From contig WGMB01000001.1 in the NCBI GenBank assembly GCA_016125275.1, positions 26,079-90,078 on the forward strand: a stretch of 64,000 nucleotides of DNA, written 5' to 3'. Under the pieces are notes generated by a model that was not told the DNA's origin, did no database searches, and saw only the letters and a list, made by a program, of their open reading frames with translations. Position 1 is the stretch's first letter. Each line of letters begins with the position of its first letter. The position numbers and the translations under genes are program-made. The DNA comes from Acidobacteriota bacterium. Its GTDB lineage: Bacteria > Acidobacteriota > Terriglobia > Bryobacterales > UBA6623. Shown piece after piece: positions 1 to 8,482 of the stretch.

Positions 1-2142
1 GACGTAGTTGACGGAGTAGCCGACGCGGACGGCGGACTTGCCGTCGCCGAAGGGGTCCCAGGCGAGGCCGAGGTTGGGTGCGAAGTTGTTCCGGTCGGGC
101 CGCCAGAGGGGGCGTCCGGTGGCGGAGCCCGCGAAGTCGAGGGTGGCGTCGGAGAGCAGGGCGCCGATGACGCCGTTGCTATTGGGCACGGGGTTGAGCA
201 TCAGGCCGTCGCGCTCGTCCAGACGGCCCAGGTACTCCCAGCGGACGCCGAGGTTGAGGGTGAGGCGCGGGGAGAGCTTGAAGTCGTCGTGGAGGTAGAG
301 CGAGCCGATGTTGAAGCGGTAGCGGCGGCGGTACTCGGCGCCGGGGACGTAGCCGGAGGTGCGGTCCTGGACGTTGAAGGTCTGGTTGGCGCGTCCGACG
401 ACTCCGGCGAGGGTGGCGAGCAGGTCCTCGGCGCGGAAGAGGTCGTCGGAGGCGATGCCGCCGGGGAAGGAGGCGGAGCTGAGCAGGTATTGGCTGTCGT
501 TGTCGAGGCCGACTTGGAGCGTGGGGCGGGTTCCGGAGAAGTCGTAGGTGTTGACGCGCACTTGCTGGAGCTGTCCGCCGAAGCGCAGGTTGTGGCGGCC
601 GAGCTGGTAGGCGGCGTTGTCGGTCCAGTTGAAGGTGTTGGTGCGGCGGCCCTGGGGGGCGAAGTTGACGACGGGGTTGGTGTAGAGGAAGCCGTCGGTG
701 AGCACGTCGGGGCGGGCGGAGGAGTTGGAGAAGTTGCCGTTGGTGAGGTTGAAGCCGAGGCGGGCTTCGTTGGTCCAGCGAGGGCCGGGGTTGAAGCGCC
801 AGCCGGCGGAGAGGAAGTGGCTGTCGACGTCGTCGCGCACGGCGGGGTCGGGGTTATAGGCGCTGTCGATGTCGGCGCGGTCGCTCTGCTCGAAGCCCGG
901 CTTGTAGGTGAGGCTGACGAAGCTCTTGGCGGAGGCGACCCAGTCGAAGCGGCTGGTGACGGCTTGGCGGTGGCCGTCGTCGCGGGCCAGGTAGCGGTAG
1001 CCGGCGGTGTTGAGCAGACGCTGCCGGGAGCTGTCGCCGAGGTCGAAGTTGTTGATCTGGTCGGCGGAAGGCGTTTTGGCCAGGGTTTCGAGCGCAGCGG
1101 AGTCGAAGCCGAGCGCCTGCATGTTGAGCACGTTCACCTTGCGGAGGTTGTTGTCGAGGTCGACGTAGGTGAACACGCCGCGGCGGGCGTCGGGCGTGAG
1201 GATGGTGGTGTTGACCAGGGTTTCGGCGCGGCGCCGGAGGACCTCGTAGTTGGCGAAGAAGAAGAGGCGGTTCTTGACGATGGGTCCGCCGAGGGAGAAG
1301 CCGGCCTGGTGGATGTTGAGGTCGGGCTGCGGCAGGCCCTGGCGGTTGGAGAACCAGTCGGCGGCGGCGAGAGCGTCGTTGCGGTTGTGCCAGTAGCCGG
1401 TTCCGTGGAACTCCTGGCCGCCGGAAGGGGTGGTGAAGCTGACCTGGGAGGAGCCTCCGCCGGCGGCCGTGGAGGCGTTCTGGGTGGTGACGGAGAACTC
1501 GGCGACCTGGTCGATCAGGGTGCGGCTGGGCAGGAAGTTGAGGCCGTTGGAGCGGATGTAGTTGTCCTGGATGTTGACGCCGTCGAGGGTGACGTTGGAG
1601 AAGGACGTGCGCTGGCCGTTGATGGTGGTGGGGCCGAGGCCGTTGGAGGCGACGCCGGCCTGGAGTTGCATGAACTGGAGAGGGTCGCGTCCGGTGAGGG
1701 GCAGGTCGACGATCTGCTCGCGGGTGACGACGGAGGTGACTTCGGCGTTGGCCGTCTGGACCGGGTTGGGGTCGGCGGTGACCAAGACTTCGAGAGAGGC
1801 GTCGCCGAGCTCGAGGCGAATGGGGGGCAAGGAGGTTTCGAGGGCGATGTCGATTTTGACTTGCTCGATCTCCACGGCGCGGAAGCCGTCGACCTCGACG
1901 CGGACGGTGTAGAGCCCGGGAGCGAGGTCGGGGAAGAAGAAGGCGCCGGCGTCGCCGGTTTCGCCGCGCACGGTGGAGCCCTGGGACTGGCTGCGGACCA
2001 GGACGGAAGCGCCGGGGACGACGGCGTCGGAGGGGTCCAGTACTGTGCCGGAGAGCCTGCCCGTGGCGGACTGGCCGTGCAGGCTTGCAGTGGCCCAAAA
2101 CAAGAGCCAAAGGCCCGCCGCGGTTGCGGTGCGCAATTTCAA
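1..2142 (-). CDS. TonB-dependent receptor with N-terminal carboxypeptidase-regulatory-like domain (3' end runs off the window)
   Basis: Open minus-strand frame, absent from the ORF track because it has no stop in the window. From TTG at 2142 it reads MKLRTATAAGLWLLFWATASLHGQSATGRLSGTVLDPSDAVVPGASV...PGLYTVRVEVDGF (signal peptide plus CarboxypepD_reg-like domain). The window edge reads LNLGVRWEY...FAPNLGLAWDP...VRVGYSVNYV, typical acidobacterial TBDR barrel strands. Confidence 0.88.
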   Translation of the reverse strand, partial: MKLRTATAAGLWLLFWATASLHGQSATGRLSGTVLDPSDAVVPGASVLVRSQSQGSTVRGETGDAGAFFFPDLAPGLYTVRVEVDGFRAVEIEQVKIDIALETSLPPIRLELGDASLEVLVTADPNPVQTANAEVTSVVTREQIVDLPLTGRDPLQFMQLQAGVASNGLGPTTINGQRTSFSNVTLDGVNIQDNYIRSNGLNFLPSRTLIDQVAEFSVTTQNASTAAGGGSSQVSFTTPSGGQEFHGTGYWHNRNDALAAADWFSNRQGLPQPDLNIHQAGFSLGGPIVKNRLFFFANYEVLRRRAETLVNTTILTPDARRGVFTYVDLDNNLRKVNVLNMQALGFDSAALETLAKTPSADQINNFDLGDSSRQRLLNTAGYRYLARDDGHRQAVTSRFDWVASAKSFVSLTYKPGFEQSDRADIDSAYNPDPAVRDDVDSHFLSAGWRFNPGPRWTNEARLGFNLTNGNFSNSSARPDVLTDGFLYTNPVVNFAPQGRRTNTFNWTDNAAYQLGRHNLRFGGQLQQVRVNTYDFSGTRPTLQVGLDNDSQYLLSSASFPGGIASDDLFRAEDLLATLAGVVGRANQTFNVQDRTSGYVPGAEYRRRYRFNIGSLYLHDDFKLSPRLTLNLGVRWEYLGRLDERDGLMLNPVPNSNGVIGALLSDATLDFAGSATGRPLWRPDRNNFAPNLGLAWDPFGDGKSAVRVGYSVNYV

Positions 2143-2223
2143 GAGACAAGAATACCAGCCGGTGTCCAGACTTCCGACACCGAAGTCGGTGCATTCCAAC
2201 CGAATCAAGATACAATTTTTCCA

Positions 2224-2682
2224 ATGAGGGTGTTGATCGCGGCGGACCACGGGGGCTACGAGCTGAAGACTCAGCTTGCGGAGCTGATGCGCAAGGAGGG
2301 CCACGATGTAGTGGACCTGGGGGCTCACTCCTACGATGCTGGCGACGACTACCCGGACTTCGCCTTGGCGGTGGCCGACGGCGTGGCGCGAGGCGACGGC
2401 GAGCGCGGCGTGATCGTGTGCGGCAGCGGCGTGGGCGCGGCGGTGGCGGCCAACAAGGTGCGAGGGGTTCGCGCGGCGCTTTGCCATGACACCTATTCGG
2501 CGCGGCAGGGCGTGGAGCACGACGACCTGAACGTGCTGTGCCTGGGCGGCCGGATCGTGGGCTCGGCGCTGGCCGAAGAGCTGCTGCACGCCTTTTTGGG
2601 GGCCAAGTTCAGCGGCGAGGAGCGCCACAAGCGGCGGTTGGCGAAGGTGCTGGCGGCGGAAGCGCGTTTGGCGGCTTCCTGA
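2224..2682 (+). CDS. rpiB: Ribose-5-phosphate isomerase B (RpiB/LacA/LacB family)
   Basis: MRVLIAADHGG, DDYPD, CGSGVG, ANKVRGVRAA, HDDLNVLCLGGR and RHKRR motifs. The true start is ATG 2224, at the 3' end of track ORF 289..2682. Confidence 0.95.
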   Translation: MRVLIAADHGGYELKTQLAELMRKEGHDVVDLGAHSYDAGDDYPDFALAVADGVARGDGERGVIVCGSGVGAAVAANKVRGVRAALCHDTYSARQGVEHDDLNVLCLGGRIVGSALAEELLHAFLGAKFSGEERHKRRLAKVLAAEARLAAS

Positions 2683-2701
2683 GGCCCGATCCACGCCGGA
2701 C

Positions 2702-3463
2702 TCAGATCGCGCCGCGGAGCTTGTACTGGATGAGGGCCAGCCACTCCCGCAGGGCTTCTTCGTTGTGCAGCACGTAGCCGGGAGAGGGGATCAACTCCAC
2801 GAGCCTGGGCGGCAGCGGAGGGGCGCGGAAATACGAGGGCGCCGGGAAGGCCTCGAACCCCTGTTTGCGAAAACAGCCCAGGGCGCGGCGCATGTGGAAG
2901 GCGTCGGTGACGAGCAGGATACGGCGGACGCCGCGCTCCCGCAGGATGGGCGCGGCCTCCTGCGCCTGCTGCGCCGTGGAGCGGCCGACTTGTTCGAGCC
3001 AGATGCGGTCGGCCAGAATGCCCCAGCCTTCCAGGAGCAGGCCCATCTCTGCGGCGACGGAGAGCTGTTCGGGGGCTTCCGAAAAATGCGGCCCACAGGC
3101 CAGGATGGGCAGGTCGCCGCGCCGCAGGCCGAGCTCGGCGGCGTAGCGCGTGCGACGGGCGGTGGAGTCGAGCAGCACGCCGTAGGGGAAGGCGGCCGAG
3201 GGCGGCTCGGCGGCGCCGGAGAGGACCACGATGGCGTCGGCAGGCGGCGGCTCGGGCAGGTCGACGAAGGGATACTCCAGTAACCGGTTGTTGACCCAGG
3301 CCACGGGCATCCAAGACAGGGCGAAGAGGGCGACCAGAGCCCAGCGCGCCCGCCAGTCCGCCCGCGGCTTCCGCCAAGCCGCCGCGCAAGCGCCCACCAG
3401 CAACAGCGGGTAGAACAGCTTGAGATAACGGACGGCGTCCCAGAGCTGGCTCAGGATCTCGAT
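2702..3463 (-). CDS. YdcF/ElyC/SanA family protein (DUF218)
   Basis: DAIVVLSG, RST.QQA and LLVTDAFHMRRA motifs, C-terminal LREWLAL, N-terminal TM segments. Start uncertain: TTG 3403 (track) or SD-supported ATC at 3463. Confidence 0.85.
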   Translation of the reverse strand: MEILSQLWDAVRYLKLFYPLLLVGACAAAWRKPRADWRARWALVALFALSWMPVAWVNNRLLEYPFVDLPEPPPADAIVVLSGAAEPPSAAFPYGVLLDSTARRTRYAAELGLRRGDLPILACGPHFSEAPEQLSVAAEMGLLLEGWGILADRIWLEQVGRSTAQQAQEAAPILRERGVRRILLVTDAFHMRRALGCFRKQGFEAFPAPSYFRAPPLPPRLVELIPSPGYVLHNEEALREWLALIQYKLRGAI

Positions 3464-3510
3464 GTTGGACTCCTCGATAACAACGCTGCGATCATTAAGA
3501 CAGGCGCCTC

Positions 3511-4167
3511 GTGAATCGGATTCTCTATCTTCACGGCTTTGCGTCCGGTCCGCAGTCGGCGAAGGGGCGCTTCTTCGCCAGTCAGTTCGCGCAGATCGGC
3601 GCGGAGACCGTGGTTCCCGACCTGAATGAAGATGACTTTTTTGGGCTGACGATTACACGCCAGCTTCGGCTCGTGGACCGCATCGTCCAAGAAGTCCATC
3701 CTACACTGCTGATCGGCTCGAGCATGGGGGGCTATGTGGCGGCCCTCTACGCCGCCGTGCGGCCCAACCTGGTTCCGGCGCTGACGCTGCTGGCGCCGGC
3801 CTTCGGCTTTCCGGGCCGCTGGATCGAGCGGTTGGGGCCGCAACGGCTGGAGGCGTGGCGCAGCGACGGGAGCATGCGGGTGCCGCACTACGGCACGGGA
3901 CGGCTCGAAGCGGTCGGCTATGGGCTGTTCGAGGACGGGCAGTGGCACGACGACCTGCCGCTGGTGACGCAGCCGGCGCTGGTGTTCCACGGCAAGAATG
4001 ACGCCGAGGTTCCAGCGCAGCTCTCGGTCGACTTTGCGCGGCTGAATCCCAGCGCTCGGCTGGAGTTGGTGGACTCAGACCACTCGCTGACCGATCAGCT
4101 CGATTTCTTATGGGCGGAGACGGCCCGTTTCTACCAAACGGTCCCGGCGCCGGCGGTCGGTTCCTGA
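3511..4167 (+). CDS. YqiA/YcfP family alpha/beta hydrolase (esterase, UPF0227)
   Basis: YLHGFASGPQSAK, nucleophile elbow GSSMGG, HGKND and SDHSL motifs. Confidence 0.9.
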   Translation: MNRILYLHGFASGPQSAKGRFFASQFAQIGAETVVPDLNEDDFFGLTITRQLRLVDRIVQEVHPTLLIGSSMGGYVAALYAAVRPNLVPALTLLAPAFGFPGRWIERLGPQRLEAWRSDGSMRVPHYGTGRLEAVGYGLFEDGQWHDDLPLVTQPALVFHGKNDAEVPAQLSVDFARLNPSARLELVDSDHSLTDQLDFLWAETARFYQTVPAPAVGS

Positions 4168-4181
4168 CCCCTAGAATTCTT

Positions 4182-4209
4182 TGAAACTCTCTTTTCGCGG
4201 CATGCGTAA
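4182..4209 (+). promoter_or_regulatory. Putative ECF-sigma (autoregulatory) promoter TGAAAC-N17-CGTAA
   Basis: TGAAAC at 4182-4187 and CGTAA at 4205-4209, directly upstream of the ECF sigma ATG at 4229. Matches the general AAC/CGT signature of ECF promoters. Confidence 0.6.
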
Positions 4210-4228
4210 CGAGCCTCAGAACCCGGGA

Positions 4229-4783
4229 ATGTCGCAAGTCGAGCGAGTCCTATTGGATCGGGCGTTGGCTGACCCCGACGCTTTCGCCGATATCATCGAA
4301 AGACACCAGGCGATGGTGTATTCGTTGGCGTACAATTTCTTCCAGAATCGGACCCTGGCGGAGGATATTGCGCAGGACGCCTACCTCGAGCTCTACCGAA
4401 ATCTCGGCAAGCTCGAGTCTGACCTGCATCTCGGCTTCTGGCTGCGGCAGACGGTCACGCGGAAGTGCATTGACCAGACCCGCCGCCTGAAGCACCGCCG
4501 GCATCAGGCGCTCGAAGACGCTCCCGAGCCTGGCTGGGAGCCGCCGGAGAGCGATCCGTTGCTGGCGGACGAGATCAACAGCAAGGTGGCGTTGCTGCCG
4601 GAGAAGATGCGGGCGGTGGTCATCCTGCGCTTTCAGGAGGACCTGAAGCTCTCGGAGATCGGTGAGATTCTCGAGATGCCCGTGAATACTGTGAAGACGA
4701 CTTTGCGCAGAGCCCTGCAACGGCTGAGGCCGAAAGTGGCTCATTTGGAGGAGGGAGCGGTCTATGGACCTATTCGAGCTTGA
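4229..4783 (+). CDS. ECF (sigma-70 group 4) RNA polymerase sigma factor
   Basis: Region 2 (AEDIAQDAY, FWLRQTVTRKCID) and region 4 (LPEKMRAVVILRFQEDLKLSEIGEILEMPVNTVKTTLRRA). Start taken downstream of the putative promoter. Confidence 0.92.
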   Translation: MSQVERVLLDRALADPDAFADIIERHQAMVYSLAYNFFQNRTLAEDIAQDAYLELYRNLGKLESDLHLGFWLRQTVTRKCIDQTRRLKHRRHQALEDAPEPGWEPPESDPLLADEINSKVALLPEKMRAVVILRFQEDLKLSEIGEILEMPVNTVKTTLRRALQRLRPKVAHLEEGAVYGPIRA

Positions 4784-5174
4784 GCTGGAGCGTCGCTTGG
4801 CGCGACGTGAACCGCCGCGCGGCTTCTCCAACAAAGTCATGGCGCGGGTGCGGGAAGAGATCCGAGAAGAGCCGGGGGAGGCCTCGCGAGCGCGCACGGC
4901 GCGGCCGAGGCGGATAGGTGTGAGGTGGCTGAGCGACGCGCTGTCGTGGGGGCGCGGCGGTCGCAAGGCTTGGACGTGGGGGGTGACGGGCGCTCTGGCG
5001 GCTACGCTGGCCGTGGGAGCGTTCGTCGAAAATCGCAAGGTCGAACAGCGCCGGCGAGCCGTGGAGCAGGCCCAAGCCGAACAGGCGGAAGCCGAGCTCG
5101 TCGATGCGCTGTTCGTGACCGGTGCGAAGATTCATCTGGCCCGGGAGAGAGCCGGGGCCTGGAAGGGGGACTGA
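4764..5174 (+). CDS. Probable membrane anti-sigma factor
   Basis: Overlaps the ECF sigma stop. N-terminal REPPRGFSNKVMARV followed by one TM helix. Confidence 0.65.
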   Translation: MDLFELELERRLARREPPRGFSNKVMARVREEIREEPGEASRARTARPRRIGVRWLSDALSWGRGGRKAWTWGVTGALAATLAVGAFVENRKVEQRRRAVEQAQAEQAEAELVDALFVTGAKIHLARERAGAWKGD

Positions 5175-5178
5175 GGTT

Positions 5179-5769
5179 ATGCGTCTCGCAGCAGCGGGAT
5201 TGTTGGCAATGTTCGTCAGTGCGCCGGTTTGGGGGCTTACCGGGGCGAAAGTCGATGTCGACCTGCCGAACTTGAAGAAGAAGGCGAATCAAGTGGTGGA
5301 GGTCAACCTGGAGGGGAAATCCCTCGAGGAAGGCAGCCGGCTGCTGGCGATTCGCCAGGGAATGAGCAACTCCGTCAAGTCCCTGCTCAACGGACTCAAA
5401 GGGATCTACCGGCGGACGTACCGGTTCGGCGGAGAGGTGGGTTCGGAGCTGGTGGACGAGGATTTGGCGCCGATTCGGCAGAAGATGACCGGCGAAGGCT
5501 GGGCGCCCATGCTGGACGTGCGCAACAACGCCACCCGGGAGTCGGTGACGGTGTACTCCTACACCGAAGGCGAATCGGTGGCGGGCGTCACGCTGGTCTC
5601 TTCGGACCCGAACGAGGTGACGGTGGTCAACATTGTCGGCGAAGTGGACCTGGACGCCTTGCTGGAGCTGAGCGAGGAGCTGGGGCTCTCGTCGATGAAG
5701 GTGACGGCCACGGAGCTCGAAAAGCAGAAGGTGGAACTGCCAAAGCCCAAGCCGGCGCAGGCTCCCTAG
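5179..5769 (+). CDS. DUF4252 domain exported protein
   Basis: Signal peptide; KANQVVEVNLEG, LKGIYRRTYRF and EVTVVNIVGEVDLDAL motifs; third gene of the ECF operon. Confidence 0.75.
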   Translation: MRLAAAGLLAMFVSAPVWGLTGAKVDVDLPNLKKKANQVVEVNLEGKSLEEGSRLLAIRQGMSNSVKSLLNGLKGIYRRTYRFGGEVGSELVDEDLAPIRQKMTGEGWAPMLDVRNNATRESVTVYSYTEGESVAGVTLVSSDPNEVTVVNIVGEVDLDALLELSEELGLSSMKVTATELEKQKVELPKPKPAQAP

Positions 5770-5842
5770 GCTCGGCCGACCGGCCGTTACGACCCACGCA
5801 GGCGCCGCTCGAGCGGCGCCTTTCTGGTATAGTCTGAGCCGC

Positions 5843-6493
5843 ATGGTTCGACTCATCGCTGTGGCGCTGCTGGCGTTCGTTCCCGTTTTGGCCCAGTCCG
5901 CGGAGGACCCTGATCGCTGGGAGCCGGCGATGCAGGACTTCGCCAAGCAGGACAAGGCGAGCCCTCCGCCGCAGGGCGGCATCGTCTTCCTCGGCAGCTC
6001 CAGCATCCGGCGTTGGGACCTGAAGAAGTCCTTCCCGGACCTGCCGGTGGTCAACCGGGGTTTCGGCGGATCAGTGATCGCGGACTCGATCCGCTATTTC
6101 GATCGCATCGTTACGCCGCTGAAGCCCAAGACGGTGGTCCTGTACGCCGGCGACAACGACATCGGCCGCGGCATGACCGCTCAAGAGGTCTTTTCGGACT
6201 ACAAGCGCTTCGTGGCCAAGGCGCACGCCTCGCTGCCGAAGGCGAAGATCGTGTTTCTGGCGATCAAGCCGAGCATCCGCCGCCGCTCGATGATGATGAC
6301 CGTGGCCGGGGCGGACAACCTGATCCGGGAGTACACCCTGACGCACCCACTGCTCGAGTATGTGGACGTCTATGAGCCGATGCTCGATCCGCGGGGCGAG
6401 CCGCAGCCGGATCTGTTCGTGGAAGACGGGCTGCACCTTTCCGACAAAGGCGTCGCGCTGTGGACGCGCATCCTGCGGCCGTACCTGGACTGA
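5843..6493 (+). CDS. Exported SGNH/GDSL hydrolase
   Basis: Signal peptide; FLGSSSI, NRGFGGS, YAGDND and DGLH blocks. Confidence 0.92.
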   Translation: MVRLIAVALLAFVPVLAQSAEDPDRWEPAMQDFAKQDKASPPPQGGIVFLGSSSIRRWDLKKSFPDLPVVNRGFGGSVIADSIRYFDRIVTPLKPKTVVLYAGDNDIGRGMTAQEVFSDYKRFVAKAHASLPKAKIVFLAIKPSIRRRSMMMTVAGADNLIREYTLTHPLLEYVDVYEPMLDPRGEPQPDLFVEDGLHLSDKGVALWTRILRPYLD

Positions 6494-6515
6494 ACGGCTG
6501 AAGGCGTACCCGGGG

Positions 6516-8177
6516 TCAGTGATGCTCGCCGATGGAGAAGTCCGCTAGCGGGATGTCGTAGTCGATGGGGCTGCGATGCTTGGGCAGCGGCGCGCGGTTG
6601 CGATAGATAGCCACGTGATTGTCGTGGTAGGCGTTGCTGCCCTGGATGTCGTACTCAGTGACCAGCTCGAACTGGCGGGAGCGCAACACGTCGAGCAACC
6701 GGCCGGTGTTGTCGAGCTTGTCCAGGAACGGCGCTGATTCCACGACCACGTACTCGATGCCGAGGCTGGTGATCTTGGCGCCGATGTCTTCGTGCGAGAC
6801 CGGCAGGGAGCGGATGGTGGAGATGTTCGAGCTCATGCTGAACAGCATCTTGTCTCCGCGGTAGAGCGTGAGGCCCTGCTCGTCGTGACGGCTGCGCAGC
6901 CGAAAAGCCACGTTGCCGTTGCCTCGTCCCGTGCCGAAGAACATGACCACGCTCTCCGGCTTGGCCAATCGCGCCAAATCGTCGGCGGCCCGGCAGTAGC
7001 CGGCCACCGTCGGCAAGGGCTGGGCCACGGCCACGCCGAACCGCACGAAGGCCCAGGCGAGCAGCACGGCCGGCAGCGCCCGCGCCGGCAGCACGGCGCG
7101 CAGGAACAAGGCGGCGGCGAAGAGCACGGGGACCAGCAGCGTCATCGTATGGCGCTGCTCCTTGAGGGCGATCAGACTGAAGACGAGGTAGCCGAATCCG
7201 AACCAGGCCAGCAGGATGCCCGCGCGCGGGGCGGCGTCGCGCAGGCGCGGCCGCCAGAGGATCAGGGCGAGGCCGGCGGCGGCGAGCGCGACGGTTTCCC
7301 AGCCGGCTTGCGCCGGCAATTGCTCCAGGTAGTAGGTCCAGTTGCGAAACGAGTCGAGCGGCAGCGCGGCCCCTTGCCCGGGACCGACCTCGACCGCCTG
7401 GGTGACGTTGAAGCGTCCGAGCGCCGCCATCAGCGCGGCGGCCGGCGCCAGCAGAATCACGGCGACCGCGCCCCAAGCCCAGACGGCGGGGCGCTGCAAT
7501 TCGCGCCATCCGCGCCGGCTCACCAGGACAGCCGCCAGCAGCGGGCCCACGAAGGCGGCGTTGTACTTGATGTAGACCGCGCCGACCAGCGGAAGGACCG
7601 ACCAGTAGACGGCGTTGCGGTCGGGGTCGTCCAACCGCCGGATGAACATGGCGATGCCGACGAGCAGGAGAGCGCACATGGGGACGTCGAGCATGACCTC
7701 GCGTCCCCAGAAGGCCACCTCGGGCAGGCACAGCGAGAGGAGCGCGACCGCGAAAGACTCGACCCGCCCGAGCCACAGCCGCGCCAGGTAGAAGACGGCC
7801 GCGCCGCCGGCGAAATAGAGCAGGCCGACAACGGCCAGCGCCGACGCCTCGGAGATGCCGAACAGGGCGAACATACCGCCCTCGAGCACGTAAAATCCGG
7901 GCGGGTACAGCCCGACCGAAAAGGCCGGGTAGCGCAGGTAGTAGCGCTCGGCGAAATGCAGCGGATCGGTGAGCGAGCTCTCGGTGACGAAGTCGTGCAC
8001 GAGCGCGCCGCCCATCGCGTGGCGCGGGCTGTCAGGCCACCAAAAGTCTTCGCCGCGGTAACCTACCGCTTCCAGAACGAGGACTGCCAGGAACAGACCC
8101 GCGAGGCAAGCGACCGTCGCCCCGTCGATCCGGCGAAGGATCGACCGCTCGGTGGAGTGCTGCATCAACATCGCCAC
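6516..8177 (-). CDS. Membrane glycosyltransferase, GT-C fold (ArnT/PMT-2, family 39-like)
   Basis: Many TM helices; D..RH motif after the first TM, YPPGFY, MLDVP, IKYNA and KEQRH. Start GTG 8177 or ATG 8171. Confidence 0.75.
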   Translation of the reverse strand: MAMLMQHSTERSILRRIDGATVACLAGLFLAVLVLEAVGYRGEDFWWPDSPRHAMGGALVHDFVTESSLTDPLHFAERYYLRYPAFSVGLYPPGFYVLEGGMFALFGISEASALAVVGLLYFAGGAAVFYLARLWLGRVESFAVALLSLCLPEVAFWGREVMLDVPMCALLLVGIAMFIRRLDDPDRNAVYWSVLPLVGAVYIKYNAAFVGPLLAAVLVSRRGWRELQRPAVWAWGAVAVILLAPAAALMAALGRFNVTQAVEVGPGQGAALPLDSFRNWTYYLEQLPAQAGWETVALAAAGLALILWRPRLRDAAPRAGILLAWFGFGYLVFSLIALKEQRHTMTLLVPVLFAAALFLRAVLPARALPAVLLAWAFVRFGVAVAQPLPTVAGYCRAADDLARLAKPESVVMFFGTGRGNGNVAFRLRSRHDEQGLTLYRGDKMLFSMSSNISTIRSLPVSHEDIGAKITSLGIEYVVVESAPFLDKLDNTGRLLDVLRSRQFELVTEYDIQGSNAYHDNHVAIYRNRAPLPKHRSPIDYDIPLADFSIGEHH

Positions 8178-8482
8178 ACTGTTTCTTCGGCTGCGGGGCG
8201 GGCGGGCCGCGACCGTTTTGCAAGGCGCGAAGAAATCATCGGCGGCAGGCTACGAGGCCTCCACATCCGGGAGAACTCCCGTGCGCGGGTGTGGGCATCA
8301 GAGCATCGACAACTCACGCGACAGGATTGAACCAGAACCCGGGGAGCCTGTTCCCCCGGCTCTTCCTCCCACTCTAAGGTATCACCTTCCTGGTCCGTCT
8401 AATGAAGGATTCAATGCGGGTAGATTCCCTGACCGACGGAAAGCGGGTTCCGATCCTTCGGGCGTCGTGCGAGCATAGCGCT

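Noticed and set aside
289-2223. 797-aa plus-strand ORF apparently fused to RpiB
   Set aside because: It is the antisense shadow of the TonB-dependent receptor gene (V/G/E-rich, typical of high-GC reverse frames). Only 2224..2682 is RpiB.
3455-3481. CGATAAC upstream of the esterase as a fifth locus promoter
   Set aside because: The hexamer 14 nt upstream is GATCTC, not CAACTT.
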